This document shows, piece after piece, positions 1-8,344 of a DNA stretch of 59,083 bases (its first letter is position 1; each line of letters opens with the position of its first letter). This DNA is from Acidobacteriota bacterium (GTDB lineage: Bacteria; Acidobacteriota; Thermoanaerobaculia; Thermoanaerobaculales; Sulfomarinibacteraceae): NCBI GenBank assembly GCA_013152925.1, contig JAADFK010000118.1, forward strand, positions 1 to 59,083, written 5' to 3'. The notes under the pieces are model-generated. The model was not told where the DNA came from, did no database searches, and saw nothing but the letters and a program-made list of their open reading frames with translations. The position numbers were made by a program, and so were the translations under genes.

Positions 1-191
1 TGGGCCCCTCCGGTCCGTCCGCTGTCAGGTTGATGGTGAAGGTGGCCTTCCACCCCGTGGGACGCTTCGTCGGTTCCGTCCGCGGTGTTCGTGCTTCCCC
101 CATGACCGTGGCCGTGGCCGTGGAAGAAGTGCATTCCAACGCAGACGGCGACAATAAGAAGGAAGAACCAGTTCTCCAGGAGGATGTTCAT
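1..191 (-). CDS. DUF2933-like small His-rich membrane protein (runs off the window edge)
   Basis: Not in the ORF track. Manual translation from ATG at 191 gives MNILLENWFFLLIVAVCVGMHFFHGHGHGHGG..., i.e. a TM helix plus the C-x-x-M-H-x-F-H-G-H-G-H pattern typical of copper-cluster DUF2933 proteins. Confidence 0.75.
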   Translation of the reverse strand, partial: MNILLENWFFLLIVAVCVGMHFFHGHGHGHGGSTNTADGTDEASHGVEGHLHHQPDSGRTGGA

Positions 192-195
192 GGCG

Positions 196-1344
196 TCACA
201 CCCCCTCGGCGAGCTCGTTGTGGCGCTGACACCTGCACCATGTACAATCGCAGCCGGCCGTCAGACATTCCTTGTGGTGGCGCCGGCTTGCCACGCGCTT
301 TTCCACGAGCGGGTACAGCGCCGCCTTCCACAGCTTCGGCGCGTAGAGGCGATGGAGCCAGGCGTGGGGATCACCGTGTGCCGCGACCCGTCCCAGAACC
401 CACGACAGGGCCCGATCGCCGGCGATGCCGAAGAGATAGCGGTTGACGGCTGCGCTCCGCATCTGGCCGGCGAAACGCCGCCTCCACATCTCCTCGTAGC
501 TTTCCGCCGAGCCTGCCAGGTACGCCCGGGCCGCCATGTGACCGGTGACGAGAGCATAGCGGAGCCCGAAACCCCAGAGCGTGTCCTGGAAGCCTGCCGC
601 CTCGCCCACGGTCAGCAGCTGACCCTGGACCGTTGTCCGCGGAAGCTCGAAGTTCCCGTAACCGCTGAAACGCCGCCGGTTCTCGAGCTCCACACCGACC
701 TTCGAGCTGAAGAAGGCCAGGGTTCGCTCCAGGTAGACGGCCTCACGGTGGAAATCCTCGAACATGCAGCTCGCCAGGGTGCCCTGACCGTCGTGGATCA
801 GCAGGTAGGCGTAGCCGCCGGGGGCCAGCTGCCGGTCGATGGCCACCCAGGCGCCGTTCGGCGCACCGGTCTCGAAGAGGTATCCCACGGCGATGGCGTC
901 CACGCCGCGGGGACCGGTCGCCACGATTCCACCCTCGGGCAGGTGGTCCACTCGATCGCCGAAGCGGACCGTGACGCCCAGGTCCAGCGCCTGTTGGAGA
1001 AGCGCCCTGTCGAGGGTCCCCGCTCCCGTGCCACGCCGGACGAGGTAGTACAGGGGCCGGGACGAGCTGGCGGAGAGCTTGCGCCCCGAAGGATCGAAAC
1101 AGACCAGGTCGTGATGGGGGATGTGGTCGAAGCTCGGCTCGATCCCCATGGACTCGATCTCGCTGATGATATCGGTGGACGAGGTCCAGTTCTCCAGCCC
1201 CTGGAAATCTCCGTGGAACCTCCCAGCGACATCGCTCTCCTTTTCGTGAACGACGACCGTGAACCCGGCCTGGGCCGCGGTGATGGCCGCGGCGAGCCCG
1301 GCCGGACCCGCACCGGCAATGTGGAGCTCTCGGTTCGGGATCAT
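196..1344 (-). CDS. NAD(P)/FAD-dependent oxidoreductase (geranylgeranyl-reductase-like) with Cys-rich C-terminus
   Basis: N-terminal Rossmann motif IAGAGPAGLAAA and VGEAAG motif. ATG at 1344 overlaps the upstream stop (ATGA). Tail is HHKECLTAGCDCTWCRC. Confidence 0.85.
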   Translation of the reverse strand: MIPNRELHIAGAGPAGLAAAITAAQAGFTVVVHEKESDVAGRFHGDFQGLENWTSSTDIISEIESMGIEPSFDHIPHHDLVCFDPSGRKLSASSSRPLYYLVRRGTGAGTLDRALLQQALDLGVTVRFGDRVDHLPEGGIVATGPRGVDAIAVGYLFETGAPNGAWVAIDRQLAPGGYAYLLIHDGQGTLASCMFEDFHREAVYLERTLAFFSSKVGVELENRRRFSGYGNFELPRTTVQGQLLTVGEAAGFQDTLWGFGLRYALVTGHMAARAYLAGSAESYEEMWRRRFAGQMRSAAVNRYLFGIAGDRALSWVLGRVAAHGDPHAWLHRLYAPKLWKAALYPLVEKRVASRRHHKECLTAGCDCTWCRCQRHNELAEGV

Positions 1345-2015
1345 GCTGCACCCCCCGGCCCGGCCGGCGCCGGGCGTTTGAACAGATCGCGCAACCTGGG
1401 AACGAACCCCGGAGTCATGGCGGCCCAGGCGGCGTAGGTCTCCCCCTGCGCGGCCCGCACCTCGCGTTCCTCCCGGCGCGCCAGGAGGACGTACATCACC
1501 ACGAGAATGGGGAACATCACCAGGGTCGGCAGCGTCGGCCACTGGAGGAGGAAGCCGACCATGATGACGATGAAGGCCACGTATTGCGGGTGGCGGATGC
1601 GCGCATAAGGACCGGTTGTGGCAAGGCCGCCCCGTTTCTGGGCGGCGAAGAGCACGCGCCAGGCCGAGGCCAGGAGGACGAAGCCACCGAAGATGAACAC
1701 GCTGCTCGCGATGTGAAGTGGGTCGAAGTGCGCATCACCCTTGAGCCCCAGGAGCGTGTGCCACAGGTGTCCTGACTGGTGTGAGTAGAGGTCGATCCCG
1801 GGGAGCTTGGTGCTCAGCCATCCCGAAAGGAGGTAGATCGTCAGTGGGAAACCGTACATCTCGGTGAAGAGGGCGATGACGAACGCCGAGAAGGCCCCGA
1901 GCGATCGCCAGTCGCGTTTCGACCGCGGCCGCGTGAAGCTGAAGGCGAACACGATGATGATCAGCGAGTTGATGATGACGAGCGGCCACAGGCCGTAGGC
2001 GTTGTTACCGTGCAT
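1341..2015 (-). CDS. Isoprenylcysteine carboxyl methyltransferase (ICMT/PEMT) family membrane protein
   Basis: Multi-TM protein with the LATTGPYARIRHPQY and REE motifs. This family is common in copper-resistance clusters. Confidence 0.88.
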   Translation of the reverse strand: MHGNNAYGLWPLVIINSLIIIVFAFSFTRPRSKRDWRSLGAFSAFVIALFTEMYGFPLTIYLLSGWLSTKLPGIDLYSHQSGHLWHTLLGLKGDAHFDPLHIASSVFIFGGFVLLASAWRVLFAAQKRGGLATTGPYARIRHPQYVAFIVIMVGFLLQWPTLPTLVMFPILVVMYVLLARREEREVRAAQGETYAAWAAMTPGFVPRLRDLFKRPAPAGPGGAA

Positions 2016-2901
2016 GGTTGGCCTCCCCCTGCTCCACCGTGGACGGCTCGTTCCGGCTGCCCGGCTCGAGGGCAGCGACGTTGGCCCCGCCGGCGTCGAT
2101 GGAGGTTTTCAACAGTGTTGCAAACCGGTCCGCTGCAGCGAGCATCCGGCGGACGGCCCGGGTCCCCTCCGCCGAAAGGGCACGTTGAGCGCCGAGGTTG
2201 CTCGCCGCAAGGTTGAGCTCCCTGAGGATCGGGATGCTCTTCTGCCGAAGCTCCATGCGGGAGTTCTCCGAGGCCGCCCGCCGTTCCGCCTCCACCCACT
2301 GGGTGATGCTCCGTTCCAGCTCGGCGCCGACGGCCGCGATGTGCCGGCTGAGATCGGCGACCTCCTTGCCGCCACCCACCTCGGCATCGATGTGCCACGG
2401 GCCCCGGCTCATACGGTTCAGCTGGTTCTGGACGCGGCGCAGCGGGAGCACGGCGCCCCAGTAAACCGCCCCCTCGACCGCGATCAGCAGGGCCGCCAGC
2501 ACGCCCAGGGCGAGCAGAATGGAGGAACGCCGCAGCCTGGCCCTCAGGGTTCTGGAAAGATCCTTGGTGGCCCGTGCAACGATGAAACCACGATTGTCCT
2601 TCAGCGGCACGCTGACGGAACGGCTGTCCGGGATCCGGCCCGTGGTGGAGAAGCTGAGGTCGATGCCGAAGGGCCGCAGGTCGGAGGCCGTCCTGGCGAT
2701 GGCTGTCGCCACGTCGGCTGGGAGAGCCGTCTCCATCATATCGGCCACGTGATGGGCGACGGCTGCGGCCTCCTCCCGTTCCCAGGCGGCCACCTGGGCG
2801 CTGGTCGCCCTTCCCGCGAGGACGATGTGCGCGGCCAGCACCACGAGCACCGAAGCGCTGGCTGCCAGGCCGACTCTCTGGGCCAAGGTCAGTCGTCGCA
2901 T
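2005..2901 (-). CDS. HAMP-domain membrane protein (sensor-like, no recognisable kinase domain)
   Basis: TM-periplasmic-TM, then HAMP (PLRRV...KEVADLS) and a coiled coil. No H-box His and no ATPase N/G boxes. Confidence 0.6.
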   Translation of the reverse strand: MRRLTLAQRVGLAASASVLVVLAAHIVLAGRATSAQVAAWEREEAAAVAHHVADMMETALPADVATAIARTASDLRPFGIDLSFSTTGRIPDSRSVSVPLKDNRGFIVARATKDLSRTLRARLRRSSILLALGVLAALLIAVEGAVYWGAVLPLRRVQNQLNRMSRGPWHIDAEVGGGKEVADLSRHIAAVGAELERSITQWVEAERRAASENSRMELRQKSIPILRELNLAASNLGAQRALSAEGTRAVRRMLAAADRFATLLKTSIDAGGANVAALEPGSRNEPSTVEQGEANHAR

Positions 2902-2904
2902 GGC

Positions 2905-3489
2905 TCAACCCCCTCCCCACGTGCCGCTGCCCTGTGGCGGTTGTTCATCGGGAGAGCCGAGCGGCGGCCGGCTTGGAAGCCAGAGGGGCTTCCTGAGCTT
3001 GAGGGTCTCGCCACAGGTGGCACGTTTCGCGCCCAGGTAGGGGTTGCCGATCTCGTCCTCGGAGCGTTGCAACCAGACGTTGTTGTGAAGTGGGCAGAAG
3101 ACCACAACCGGGTCCTTGACCTTGGTTTCGCCTCTGTAGGCCAGCAGCGCCCGTGAAAGGTCGCCGAAGGCGGCGCGCGCGGCCTTGAGATCGGCGCTGT
3201 ACGCCACCTGGCGGGCCGCATCCGAAATGGCCTTGAGCTGCTTGGCGATCGCCGCGTTCTTCTCCCCTCCGGAACGCCGGGCCTCTCCGGCCAGCGTGCG
3301 GGCGAGAATACCCAGTTGCTCCGCGTGGTACTTCAGCTCCGAGGTCGTATCGGCCGCCAGCGCCACGCGGATCGAGTTGTAGTGGTTGAACAGACGCTGG
3401 AACCGCCCGGCCTCTCCGGCGGCGGCCACCTGGGCCAGCAGCAGGGAAACGAGAACGATACGGCCTGCAATGGATGTGATCCTGTTCAT
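2905..3489 (-). CDS. DUF3347-like periplasmic metal-binding protein
   Basis: Signal peptide; YxxIxxALAAD...ARAAFGDLS...FCPLHNNVWLQ...IGNPYLG...CG pattern. Confidence 0.8.
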   Translation of the reverse strand: MNRITSIAGRIVLVSLLLAQVAAAGEAGRFQRLFNHYNSIRVALAADTTSELKYHAEQLGILARTLAGEARRSGGEKNAAIAKQLKAISDAARQVAYSADLKAARAAFGDLSRALLAYRGETKVKDPVVVFCPLHNNVWLQRSEDEIGNPYLGAKRATCGETLKLRKPLWLPSRPPLGSPDEQPPQGSGTWGGG

Positions 3490-3678
3490 GACACCCTCCT
3501 GCCAGTCCACTCCGCCCGCCACTCATCCGTGCCGGCCAGCACTCCGGCCGCCCACGGAAACCCGGCGCCAAGGCTCCTGTTCCGATTCTCAAAGCCGCTC
3601 ATGTCCGTCCTCCGTTTCGGCGGTCGATCCGTTGATGTTCGTTCCGACCGGGTCGGTGGCACCGATCGGCCGGGCGGA

Positions 3679-3707
3679 GCTCCCGGGGGCCGAACGCCCC
3701 CGGGAGC
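3679..3707. terminator. GC-rich stem-loop downstream of a DUF3347 gene
   Basis: Perfect 12-bp stem gctcccgggggc / gcccccgggagc with a 5-nt loop. No clear U-tract. Confidence 0.4.
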
Positions 3708-3720
3708 GTGACGCGTTGCT

Positions 3721-4248
3721 CTATTGGGACACGATGTTGCCGCACTTGAGCATCTTGGAGCCGAGGTACGGGTTGGCGACCTGGTCGGACTCCTGAAGCC
3801 AGGGCTTCTTGACCATGGGGCAGAAAACGACCTTGGGCTTGTCCTTGCTGGTGGACATCTCCCGCCACTGGACCATGGGCCGGGACAGCTCTCCAAAGGC
3901 CTCGCGGGCCTCTTCGAGGGTCGTGGCCTTGGCGAGGCGCGCCGCGGCGCTCTCCACCTTGGGAAGGATGGCCTGGCACTGGGAGGCCTTCTCCGCGCTG
4001 ACGCCGGCGCTCTTGGCGGTGAATGAGGAGGCGGCGTGCCGCGCGGTATCACGGATTGCCCTGGCGTTGTCGGCAACGCCCTTGAGCGAGTCGCCCGCCA
4101 AGGCGTGGTGAATCGCTTCGTAGGGAGCGAGGGCGGCGTCGAAGGCCGAGGCGCCCCGGTGGGTCGTGCCGTGCGCCAGCAGCGTGCCGGCGGTCGAGGC
4201 CAGGATGATAGCCAGGGTAACGGTGCGGACGATGGTGTTTCGATTCAT
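3721..4248 (-). CDS. DUF3347-like periplasmic metal-binding protein
   Basis: Probable start MNRNTIVRT (ATG 4248, GGAGAG upstream). Signal peptide; FCPMVKKPWLQ...NPYLGSKMLKCG. Confidence 0.85.
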   Translation of the reverse strand: MNRNTIVRTVTLAIILASTAGTLLAHGTTHRGASAFDAALAPYEAIHHALAGDSLKGVADNARAIRDTARHAASSFTAKSAGVSAEKASQCQAILPKVESAAARLAKATTLEEAREAFGELSRPMVQWREMSTSKDKPKVVFCPMVKKPWLQESDQVANPYLGSKMLKCGNIVSQ

Positions 4249-4286
4249 GGTAGCTCTCCTTTGCATCTGTCGTGCCGGTTTCCCGG

Positions 4287-4799
4287 TCATTGGTCGTCTG
4301 AAACCCCTTGGCACGGGGCCTGGTCCCGGCGTTCGTAGGGATTGAGGATCTGCTTCCCGTATTTCGTTGCCTGGAGCCAGACGAGATCGCGGTCCTTGCA
4401 CCGGACCACGATGGCCTTCTGCTTTTTGATGACGAGGGCATGCCACCGGGCCAAGCCCCGGCTGAGCTCGAGAAAGGCCCCCCTGGCCTCGCGGACCGAG
4501 CGGGTCGTTCCGAGCCTGCCGGCGGCTTCGATCATGGCCGGCAGGAGCTTGTGAACCTCCACGGCTGCGCCGCGGGGCACACCGGCGTGCAGGGCAGTGA
4601 TGTTCGTGTCGAGGTGGGTCAGCTCGGTCTCCATGCGGGCCGCGTACCTCTCCACACCGTCGAGGCTGTTCCGGGCCAGGGCCAGGCGAACCCGGTCGTA
4701 GTCCTTCAGAACGGTCACGAAGGCGTTCCGCCAGTGGGCGTTGGCGGTTCCCGAGCTCAGCAACCCGATGGCAAGGGTGAACACGATGAGGCGTTTCAA
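4287..4799 (-). CDS. Divergent DUF3347-like periplasmic protein
   Basis: TTG start and signal peptide. ARGAFLELS...C...WLQ...NPY...C pattern parallels the two neighbours. Confidence 0.7.
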   Translation of the reverse strand: MKRLIVFTLAIGLLSSGTANAHWRNAFVTVLKDYDRVRLALARNSLDGVERYAARMETELTHLDTNITALHAGVPRGAAVEVHKLLPAMIEAAGRLGTTRSVREARGAFLELSRGLARWHALVIKKQKAIVVRCKDRDLVWLQATKYGKQILNPYERRDQAPCQGVSDDQ

Positions 4800-5161
4800 C
4801 GGTCGTTCCCTCCATTTCGCCGGTCCAGCGACCGGGGCGCCTCGGCCCCGGTCCGGATCTTGATGGCACGTTCCACGGGGGTGACGAAGACGATGCCGTC
4901 TCCGGAATACCCGGTGTGGGCGGCTTCCAGGATGGCGCCGAGCAACCTATCCACACAATCGTCATCGCAGACAACCTCGATCTTGGCGACCTCTGGCGCC
5001 TTCCTGAGCTCGCTCGGGGCAAGGGTGAAGAGCAGCGGCTCGTAACCGTAGCCAACGCCGTGGACGCGGGTGATCGTGATCCCCGGTGCTTCCGCATCTC
5101 TCAGAGCACGTATGACATCGTCGGTTTTCCTGGTGCGAATGAATGCCTTGAGAAGCTTCAT
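4796..5161 (-). CDS. PII-family signal protein (metal-efflux-associated type)
   Basis: MKLLKAFIR...GITI..V.G.G...KIEVV...AHTG..GDGIVFVTPVE.A..IRTG; lies directly downstream of cusA. Confidence 0.88.
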   Translation of the reverse strand: MKLLKAFIRTRKTDDVIRALRDAEAPGITITRVHGVGYGYEPLLFTLAPSELRKAPEVAKIEVVCDDDCVDRLLGAILEAAHTGYSGDGIVFVTPVERAIKIRTGAEAPRSLDRRNGGNDR

Positions 5162-5173
5162 GGTGTCTCCTTG

Positions 5174-8100
5174 TCATGTGGTTTCTGGGCTGGGCTCAAT
5201 GGCGCCGGGTTTCGTATCGTGGCCGCCATCGGGGAACAGCGGAGTTCGCTTGAGCTTGATCCCCCGCCAGATGAAGTAGATCGCCGGGAAGACGATCAGC
5301 TCCGCGATAAAGGAGCTCAGAACGCCCCCGACCAGCGGCGCTGCGATCCGGCGCATGACGTCGGCACCCGTCCCGGTGGCCCAGAGAAGCGGCCCGAGCG
5401 AAAGCAGAATCGCCATTACGGTCATCATTTTCGGCCGGATTCGCTTGACCGCCCCGTAGTCCACGGCTTCGACGAGATCGTGGAAGTCCTTCATCTGCCC
5501 TTTGTTTCGCCACTGCTCGTAGGCAATGTCCAAATACAGGAGCATCACCACGGCGGTTTCCGCAGCCACCCCGGCGAGAGCGATCACGCCAACCCAAACG
5601 GCGATGGACCAGTTGTAATCCAGCAGGTAGAGCAGCCACACCGACCCAACGATCGAGAAGGGAATCGCCGAAAGGACGATCAACGTCTTCATGATCGACT
5701 TCGTGTTGATATAGAGAATGAGGAACACGAGGAACAGCGTGATGGGCACGATCATCCGGAGGCGCGCCTGCGCCCTCTGCATGTACTCGTACTGGCCGGA
5801 CCAGAAGATCGTGTAGCCGGCGGGGAGCTTGACCCGCTTGGCGACCACCTCCTTGGCGTGCTGGACCCAGGTGCCCACGTCGATGCCGCGGAGGTCCACG
5901 TACACCCAGGCGTTGGGACGAGCATCCTCGGTCTTGATGGCCGGCGGTCCCTGGTGAATGCGGATCGTGGCCACCTGGGACAACGGCACCTGGACGCCGG
6001 TTGGGGTTGCCACCAGCGTGTTCTGGAGCTGCTGCACGCTGTCCCTGAGCTCCCGCGGATACCGGACGTTGATCGGGAAACGGTTCAGGCCCTCCACGGT
6101 CCATGACACGTTCATGCCACCGATGGCGGACATGATGACGTCCTGCACATCACCCACCGTCAGCCCGTAGCGGGCCGCGGCCTTCCGGTCGATATCGAAG
6201 TCCACGTAGTTGCCACCCATGACCCGCTCCGCGTAGGCCGAGAGCGTACCCGGGAGGCCTTTGACAACCGCCTCAACCTCCTTCCCGATCCGTTGGAGCT
6301 CGTTGAGGTCCGAACCGGCGATCTTGATGCCGACGGGGGTCTTGATCCCCGTGGACAGCATGTCGATGCGGGTCTTGATGGGCATGGTCCACGCGTTGGT
6401 CACCCCCGGGATCTGAATGGCCTTGTCCATCTCCTCGATAAGCTTGTCCTTGGTCATCCCGGGACGCCACTCTTTGGGGTCCTTGAGCCTGATGGTGGTC
6501 TCGATCATGGAGAGCGGCGCCGGATCGGTGGCCGTCTCCGCCCGCCCCACTTTGCCGAAGACCGACTTGACCTCCGGGAAGCTCTTGATGATCTTGTCGG
6601 TCTGCTGCAAGAGCTGTTTTGCCTTGGTGATGGAGATGCCCGGGAAGGTTGTCGGCATGTAGAGAAGGTCGCCCTCCCACAGCGGCGGCATGAACTCGGA
6701 CCCCATCTTCTTTGCCGGATACCAGGTCAGAGCGACGATGACAATCGAGACAACCACGACCAGCCAGCGCCACTTGAGGGCAATGTTGAGAAACGGCGTG
6801 TAGACCGCTTGCAAGATGCGGGAGACCGGATGGTTCTCCTCGCTGCGGATGTTGCCCCGAACGAACCAGTACATCAGCACGGGGATGATGGTCACCGCGA
6901 CCAGCGACGCCATGGCGATGGAGTAGGTCTTGGTGAACGCAAGGGGTTTGAACAGCCGGCCTTCCTGCGCCTGGAGCGTGAAGATCGGCAGAAACGACAC
7001 CGTGATCACCATCAGGCTGTAGAAGAGGGTCGGACCAACCTCCTGCGCCGAACGCAGGATGATCTCGAAGTGGCTGCGCTTGCCCTTCCACGCCTCGTAG
7101 TGCTTGTGGCCGTTCTCGATCATGATGATCGCGGCGTCCACGAGAACCCCGATGGAGATGGCGATCCCTCCCAACGACATGATGTTGGCGCCGATCCCCT
7201 GGGCCTTCATCACGATGAAGGCCAGCAGGATCGAAATCGGGATCGAGAGGATGGCGACGAACGCCGATCGGAGGTGAAAGAGGAAGAGGATGCAGACGAG
7301 GGCGACAACAATCGACTCCTCGATTAAGGTGTGCGTCAGTGTCTTGACGGAGCGCTCGATGAGCGGCGTACGATCGTAGGCCACCGAGATGGTCACATCC
7401 TTGGGCAGGCCCTGCTTGAGCTCGGCCAGCCGACTCTTGACCCTTTTGATCGTGGAGAGGGTGTCTGCACCGTACCGGACGACGACGACGCCCCCGACGG
7501 TCTCACCCTCGCCATTCCAGTCGGCCAATCCGCGCCGGATCTCCGGCCCGATGGTGACATGGGCCACGTCCTTGAGGAGGATGGGCGTGCCGCCAGGGCC
7601 CACACCGAGGGCGATGTTCTCCAAGTCCTTGACCTTCTTGACGTAACCCAGGCCGCGGACCATGAACTCCCGCTCACCCACCTCCAAGAGGCGCCCTCCG
7701 ACATCGTTGTTCGAGCGCTTGATGGCCGTTTTGACCTTGTTGAGAGGAATCCGGTAGGCGCGGAGCTTGACCGGGTCCACCTCCACCTGGTACTGACGGA
7801 CGAAGCCGCCAATGGAGGCCACCTCGGAGACGCCCTCCACGGACATGAGCCCGTACTTGAGGTACCAGTCCTGGTAGGTCCTCAGTTGGGCCAGGGATCG
7901 TTTGGGGGAGTTGAGGACGTACATGAACGCCCACCCCACACCGGTGGCGTCGGGTCCCAGCTGAGGCGTAACTCCCTCGGGCAGCTGGCCGCCCATGCCG
8001 TTCAAGTACTCGAGGACGCGGGAACGGGCCCAGTAGAGGTCCGTTCCATCCTCGAAGATGACGTAGACGAAGGAGAATCCGAAGAAAGAGTACCCACGTA

Positions 8101-8344
8101 CAACCTTGGCGAACGGAACAGCCAGCATCTTGGACTCGATCGGGTAGGTCACCTGGTCCTCGACCACCTGCGGCGCCTGCCCGGGGTACTGTGTGTAGAT
8201 GATGACCTGGACGTCGGAAAGGTCCGGGATGGCGTCGAGGCGTGTGTGTTGGATGGACCAGGCCCCGCCGAGAACGGCGAAGAGAACGCCGATCACCACC
8301 ATGAATTGGTTCTTCAGGGACCATTCGATGATCTTATTGAGCAT
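5174..8344 (-). CDS. cusA: CusA/SilA-family heavy-metal efflux RND permease
   Basis: DAIPDLSDVQVI, LGPDATGVGW, LLYMPTT, PAPLSMIET, NAWTMPIKTRIDMLSTG (Met triad), KRIRPKMMT. Confidence 0.95.
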   Translation of the reverse strand: MLNKIIEWSLKNQFMVVIGVLFAVLGGAWSIQHTRLDAIPDLSDVQVIIYTQYPGQAPQVVEDQVTYPIESKMLAVPFAKVVRGYSFFGFSFVYVIFEDGTDLYWARSRVLEYLNGMGGQLPEGVTPQLGPDATGVGWAFMYVLNSPKRSLAQLRTYQDWYLKYGLMSVEGVSEVASIGGFVRQYQVEVDPVKLRAYRIPLNKVKTAIKRSNNDVGGRLLEVGEREFMVRGLGYVKKVKDLENIALGVGPGGTPILLKDVAHVTIGPEIRRGLADWNGEGETVGGVVVVRYGADTLSTIKRVKSRLAELKQGLPKDVTISVAYDRTPLIERSVKTLTHTLIEESIVVALVCILFLFHLRSAFVAILSIPISILLAFIVMKAQGIGANIMSLGGIAISIGVLVDAAIIMIENGHKHYEAWKGKRSHFEIILRSAQEVGPTLFYSLMVITVSFLPIFTLQAQEGRLFKPLAFTKTYSIAMASLVAVTIIPVLMYWFVRGNIRSEENHPVSRILQAVYTPFLNIALKWRWLVVVVSIVIVALTWYPAKKMGSEFMPPLWEGDLLYMPTTFPGISITKAKQLLQQTDKIIKSFPEVKSVFGKVGRAETATDPAPLSMIETTIRLKDPKEWRPGMTKDKLIEEMDKAIQIPGVTNAWTMPIKTRIDMLSTGIKTPVGIKIAGSDLNELQRIGKEVEAVVKGLPGTLSAYAERVMGGNYVDFDIDRKAAARYGLTVGDVQDVIMSAIGGMNVSWTVEGLNRFPINVRYPRELRDSVQQLQNTLVATPTGVQVPLSQVATIRIHQGPPAIKTEDARPNAWVYVDLRGIDVGTWVQHAKEVVAKRVKLPAGYTIFWSGQYEYMQRAQARLRMIVPITLFLVFLILYINTKSIMKTLIVLSAIPFSIVGSVWLLYLLDYNWSIAVWVGVIALAGVAAETAVVMLLYLDIAYEQWRNKGQMKDFHDLVEAVDYGAVKRIRPKMMTVMAILLSLGPLLWATGTGADVMRRIAAPLVGGVLSSFIAELIVFPAIYFIWRGIKLKRTPLFPDGGHDTKPGAIEPSPETT

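Noticed and set aside
4249-5097. Long N-terminal extension of the 458-aa ORF 3721-5097
   Set aside because: It overlaps two real genes in other frames. The true start is ATG 4248.
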